Source of the DNA: an uncultured Bacilli bacterium
GTDB lineage: Bacteria; Bacillota_I; Bacilli_A; RF39; UBA660
Length of the DNA stretch: 64,000 nucleotides
NCBI GenBank assembly: GCA_934162665.1
Contig: CAKPJN010000005.1
Coordinates: 17,529 to 81,528 of the forward strand
Reading direction: 5' to 3'
Positions 60,241 through 64,000 of the stretch are shown in pieces; positions within the stretch are counted from its first letter, which is position 1; the number at the start of each line of letters is the position of its first letter. The notes beneath the pieces were generated by a model. It ran no database searches. It was given only the letters and a program-made list of their open reading frames with translations, and had not been told where the DNA came from. The position numbers and the translations under genes were made by a program.

Positions 60241-61260
60241 CTACATCATATCCTTAAATAGACCATAAATATATTTTTCAATATCAAATATTTGTAAATC
60301 TTCTTTTTTCTCACCTAGTCCAATAAACTTAACTGGCAATCCTACTTCTTGTTTAATCGCTAAAACTATACCACCTTTAGCTGTACCATCTAATTTAGTT
60401 AAGACTATACCAGTAATATCTGTAATTTCTTTAAACGCCTTAGCTTGACTAATACCATTTTGTCCAGTCGTTGCGTCAACTACAAGTAATACTTCATGAG
60501 GAGCATCTTCTATTATTCCACTAATTACTTTATTAATCTTTTGAAGTTCATTCATAAGATTAACCTTATTTTGAAGCCTTCCAGCTGTATCAATAAATAC
60601 TACATCGTAATTCTCATTCTTTGCCTTAACAAGCCCATCATAAACAACGCTAGACGGATCAGCTCCTTCAACAGTTCCATAAAAAGAAACACCAATTTTT
60701 TCACTCCATTCTCTAAGTTGCTCCACTGCTCCCGCTCTAAAAGTATCTGCCCCTATCAATAAAACTTTCTTACCAGCTTCTTTTTCTTTCCAAGCCATTT
60801 TCCCAATTGTAGTAGTTTTACCCACTCCATTAACTCCAACGAATAATAATACAGTAGGAAATTTATCACTGTAATTAATTTTATTAACAAGTACTTCTTC
60901 ATCAACATAAATAATAAACAATTCATCAACGATAATTTCTTTTAAATCTTCTGGATTATCAATATTCTCATGTTTTACTCTATCTCGTAATTTGTCTATA
61001 AATTCAACAACTGTATTAACCCCAATATCAGCCATTATAAGTATTTCTTCTAATTCTTCAAAATAAGAATCATTAATTTTTTTATATTTATTAGTTAAAT
61101 TAGAAAGTTTAGAAACAAACCCCTCACGAGATTTTGTTAAACCTTTTTCATATATTTGAACATCATTTTTTACTGATTCACTTTCATTAATAACTTCACT
61201 ATTAAGTTTAGAACTATCATCATTTCTAAGCATATTTTTTATTTTATTAAATATTCCCAT
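60241..61260 (-). CDS. ftsY: Signal recognition particle receptor FtsY
   Basis: NG domain with GVNGVGKTTT, DTAGR, TKLDGTAKGG. Confidence 0.9.
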   Translation of the reverse strand: MGIFNKIKNMLRNDDSSKLNSEVINESESVKNDVQIYEKGLTKSREGFVSKLSNLTNKYKKINDSYFEELEEILIMADIGVNTVVEFIDKLRDRVKHENIDNPEDLKEIIVDELFIIYVDEEVLVNKINYSDKFPTVLLFVGVNGVGKTTTIGKMAWKEKEAGKKVLLIGADTFRAGAVEQLREWSEKIGVSFYGTVEGADPSSVVYDGLVKAKNENYDVVFIDTAGRLQNKVNLMNELQKINKVISGIIEDAPHEVLLVVDATTGQNGISQAKAFKEITDITGIVLTKLDGTAKGGIVLAIKQEVGLPVKFIGLGEKKEDLQIFDIEKYIYGLFKDMM

Positions 61261-61404
61261 AATATCACCACTTAAATTATACCAAAATTTTCATAAAATA
61301 TATACCCACTTTTAATATAAAATAGCCTAGTAGACAAAATAAATATTTTATAGTATAATTAACTAGTTAGTTCTTTATATATTAACTTAAAGAAAGGAGA
61401 AATT

Positions 61405-63084
61405 ATGAAACCAATAGATACAAAAATTATTGTACTAGGTGGTTTAGGAGAAGTCGGAAAAAATATGTATTGTGTAATGCATAAAGACTCTATTGTTATA
61501 ATTGATGCCGGTGTAAGTTTTCCTGAAAGTGAATTGATGGGTATAGATTACGTTTTACCTGATTTCACTTTCTTAAAAGAAAATGAAGATAAAATTAAAG
61601 CTTTGCTTATAACTCATGGTCATGAAGATCATATAGGTGGTATTCCATTTTTATTACAAAGTATTAAAATTCCTGCTATATATGCTCCAAACCACGCAAA
61701 AGAATTAATCGCTGTTAAACTAGAAGATAAAAATATCAGATATGATAATTTATTTGTTTACACAGAAGATACAAGATTAAAATTTCAAGATATTGAAATA
61801 GAATTTTTTAGAACTACTCACTCTATTCCAGATTCACATGGAATATGTATTACTACACCAGATGGAACAATTGTAACAACTGGTGACTATAAATTCGATT
61901 TAACACCAATCGGACCAATGGCTAACCTATATAAGATGGCAACAATTGGAGAAAGAGGTGTAGATTTACTAATTGGAGACTCAACTAACGCATTAAATGA
62001 TGGTTTTTCAAATAGTGAATCAGTAGTAGATGAAACTTTAGGAGAAATGTTTGATAAATGTAAAACAAATCGTATTATTATCGCAACATTTGCTTCCAAC
62101 ATTTATAGAGTAAAACATATCTTTGAAACCTGCTACAAACATAATAGAAAAATATGTATATTTGGTAGAAGTATGGAAAATAACATTAACATTTCCATCA
62201 ATGCTGGTTATATAGATCATAAAGAATTATTAATTTCACCTGAAGAAGCAAATAATCTTAAACCAAGTGAAGTTACAATTCTTTGTACAGGTTCCCAAGG
62301 TGAACCACTTGCGGCATTATCTAGAATATCAAATGGAACTCATAAACAAATAAAATTGAGACCTGATGATGTTGTAATATTTTCATCTAGCGCTATACCA
62401 GGTAATGCATTAAGTATATCGAAAATAGTTAATAAGTTATATTTAAAAGGAGTAAAAGTATATACTAATAACTCCCTAGCTGATTTACATACATCAGGCC
62501 ATGCAAATGAAGAAGAAATAAAATTAATGATTAGATTAATTAAACCAAAATACATAATGCCATTCCATGGTGACTATCGTATGCTTAAAAGACAAGCAGA
62601 TATAGGAATAAATTGTGGAATTCCAAAAGAAAATACATTCATCTTAAAAAATGGTGATTCCTTAAGTTTAAAAGATCATACAATAACTAAAGGAGAAAGT
62701 ATGCCAGGATCTGATATATACGTAGATGGTAACCGTATTGGAGAGATTGGAAGTGCAGTTTTAAAAGATAGAAAGATAATGGCAAATGATGGTATTCTTG
62801 TAATTATAATAAATCTAGATATGAAAAAACGTGAATTATTAATCAAACCAAATATCACAACTAGAGGATTCATTCTTGTTAATGAAAACGAAGACCTAAT
62901 TCATAAAATAGAAAATAAATGTGATTATATTATAAAAAATCAATTAGCTAATCCAAAAACAACATTCGCTATACTAAAGACTAACCTAATTGAAGAATTA
63001 TATCCATATATAAATGGACTAACTGGAAGAAAACCAATCATATTACCAATAATATTAGATATAAAAAGAACAAATTCAGACTAA
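61405..63084 (+). CDS. rnj: Ribonuclease J (metallo-beta-lactamase/beta-CASP)
   Basis: HGHEDHIGG motif, beta-CASP motifs and a C-terminal domain. 559 aa. Confidence 0.85.
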   Translation: MKPIDTKIIVLGGLGEVGKNMYCVMHKDSIVIIDAGVSFPESELMGIDYVLPDFTFLKENEDKIKALLITHGHEDHIGGIPFLLQSIKIPAIYAPNHAKELIAVKLEDKNIRYDNLFVYTEDTRLKFQDIEIEFFRTTHSIPDSHGICITTPDGTIVTTGDYKFDLTPIGPMANLYKMATIGERGVDLLIGDSTNALNDGFSNSESVVDETLGEMFDKCKTNRIIIATFASNIYRVKHIFETCYKHNRKICIFGRSMENNINISINAGYIDHKELLISPEEANNLKPSEVTILCTGSQGEPLAALSRISNGTHKQIKLRPDDVVIFSSSAIPGNALSISKIVNKLYLKGVKVYTNNSLADLHTSGHANEEEIKLMIRLIKPKYIMPFHGDYRMLKRQADIGINCGIPKENTFILKNGDSLSLKDHTITKGESMPGSDIYVDGNRIGEIGSAVLKDRKIMANDGILVIIINLDMKKRELLIKPNITTRGFILVNENEDLIHKIENKCDYIIKNQLANPKTTFAILKTNLIEELYPYINGLTGRKPIILPIILDIKRTNSD

Positions 63085-63100
63085 AAATGAATTTGTTTTT

Positions 63101-63454
63101 TTATATTCTTTCAAAAACATAATTATCTAGTCCCATAACAAAATCACCATATTCTATATTGTAATATAAGATAACTTTAAAATAAAAATTACGTTTATCT
63201 CTATCAAAAATATTAATTAATTTTAAATAATGATTCCAACTAATTTCATTCATATTTTTATAAAAAACTGGAAAACACAAATAAAACAACTTCATATTTT
63301 TAATATTTTCGCAAGAAAAAGTATAACTAAGTCCAAACTTATAACAATATATATTAGAAATTTTTTTCACAACATTATCATATTTATTTTGATATTTAAC
63401 AACACTTTTTCCAATATTCCAAAAATAAAAAGGTCGAATATTATTCATAAACAT
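63101..63454 (-). CDS. Hypothetical protein (117 aa)
   Basis: ORF with no assignable family. Confidence 0.3.
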   Translation of the reverse strand: MFMNNIRPFYFWNIGKSVVKYQNKYDNVVKKISNIYCYKFGLSYTFSCENIKNMKLFYLCFPVFYKNMNEISWNHYLKLINIFDRDKRNFYFKVILYYNIEYGDFVMGLDNYVFERI

Positions 63455-63528
63455 AACCTCACCTCTAACTATATATTAGAAATAAATTTACAAACTCCTA
63501 TAAAAAATTAAAAAAAGAAGAAACTATT

Positions 63529-64000
63529 TTATCTAGCTTCCTCTTGTGCTCTCGTCTCACGAACAACTGTAATTTTTATTGTTCCTGGATATTTCATATT
63601 TTCTTCAATTTTTTCTTTCATTTCTCGAGCTATTTTATGTGCACCCAAATCATCAATTTCATCAGGTTTAACAATTACTCTAAGTTCCCTACCAGCTTGC
63701 ATCGCAAAAGTTTTTTCAACTCCATCAATAGAATTACCAACGTCCTCTAATTGTGAAAGACGATTAATATAATTTTCTAAAGAATCATTTCTAGCACCAG
63801 GTCTAGATGCAGATAGCGAATCAGCAATAGCTACTAAAATAGAAATAACACTAGTAGCTTCAGTATCACCATGATGTGACGCTATAGAGTTAATAACAAC
63901 ATCATCTTCATGATATTTCTTTGCTAAATTAACACCAATTTCAACATGGCTTCCCTCTATTTCATGATCTATAGCTTTGCCAATATCATGAAGCAATCCT
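63529..64000 (-). CDS. rny: Ribonuclease Y, C-terminal HD-domain part (N-terminus lies beyond the window end)
   Basis: [20 protein letters not shown]...ASHHGD and the terminus ...[18 protein letters not shown] match the RNase Y HD domain and C-terminus. Confidence 0.8.
   Translation of the reverse strand, partial: GLLHDIGKAIDHEIEGSHVEIGVNLAKKYHEDDVVINSIASHHGDTEATSVISILVAIADSLSASRPGARNDSLENYINRLSQLEDVGNSIDGVEKTFAMQAGRELRVIVKPDEIDDLGAHKIAREMKEKIEENMKYPGTIKITVVRETRAQEEAR

Noticed and set aside
60496-60762. 88-aa plus ORF inside ftsY
   Set aside because: Antisense to the conserved ftsY.
61887-62873. Four small minus ORFs inside rnj
   Set aside because: Antisense to the conserved RNase J.
63230-63750. 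Plus-strand ORFs 63230-63511 and 63544-63750
   Set aside because: They are antisense to the 117-aa ORF and to rny. The second clearly opposes the conserved RNase Y HD domain.
1-64000. CRISPR arrays or rRNA operons
   Set aside because: No regularly spaced direct repeats with unique spacers and no rRNA-like conserved stretches were seen. The only notable repeats are intragenic (ChW gene) or the recombinase 3' duplicate.

Overview
The window is a very AT-rich (about 25% GC by eye) chromosomal segment of a low-GC Firmicute. Spore-associated genes (spoVS, tandem YjcZ-like peptides) and ymcA-miaB / ftsY-ylxM-ffh synteny point to an endospore-forming Clostridia/Erysipelotrichia-like lineage. Nearly all genes are on the minus strand. 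Contents from left to right:
- A truncated IS1182-family transposase next to tRNA-Leu(CAA).
- Housekeeping genes: scpAB, ymcA-like, miaB, serS with an M19 dipeptidase, spoVS, ldh.
- A VanW protein and a large ChW-repeat GH25 muramidase.
- A roughly 13 kb Wzm/Wzt ABC-transporter-type cell-wall glycopolymer locus: five GT2 genes, a flippase, a DUF2304 protein, an acyltransferase, an SGNH hydrolase and two large membrane proteins.
- A decayed HD-GYP-like pseudogene, dacA and a VanY-like M15 peptidase.
- A sortase with two paralogous TQXA (thioester-type) surface proteins.
- pdp, ssb, the sufCDSUB operon, a HIT protein, prsA, recX, rpoZ.
- A mazEF toxin-antitoxin pair followed by a tightly overlapping island: ASCH-ASCH-FlaR-like NTPase-small ORF-large serine recombinase-Bro-N protein, with a decayed duplicate of the recombinase 3' end.
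- An SRP region in which a roughly 790 aa HerA/DUF87-type ATPase with a long low-complexity tail sits as its own transcription unit between ylxM and ffh.
- RNase J and the C-terminal part of RNase Y.
I saw no CRISPR array and no rRNA. The candidates I consider most novel are the HerA-like insertion in the SRP operon, the recombinase/ASCH island, the TQXA-sortase locus with one Cys-less paralog, and a GC-elevated noncoding segment at the island border.
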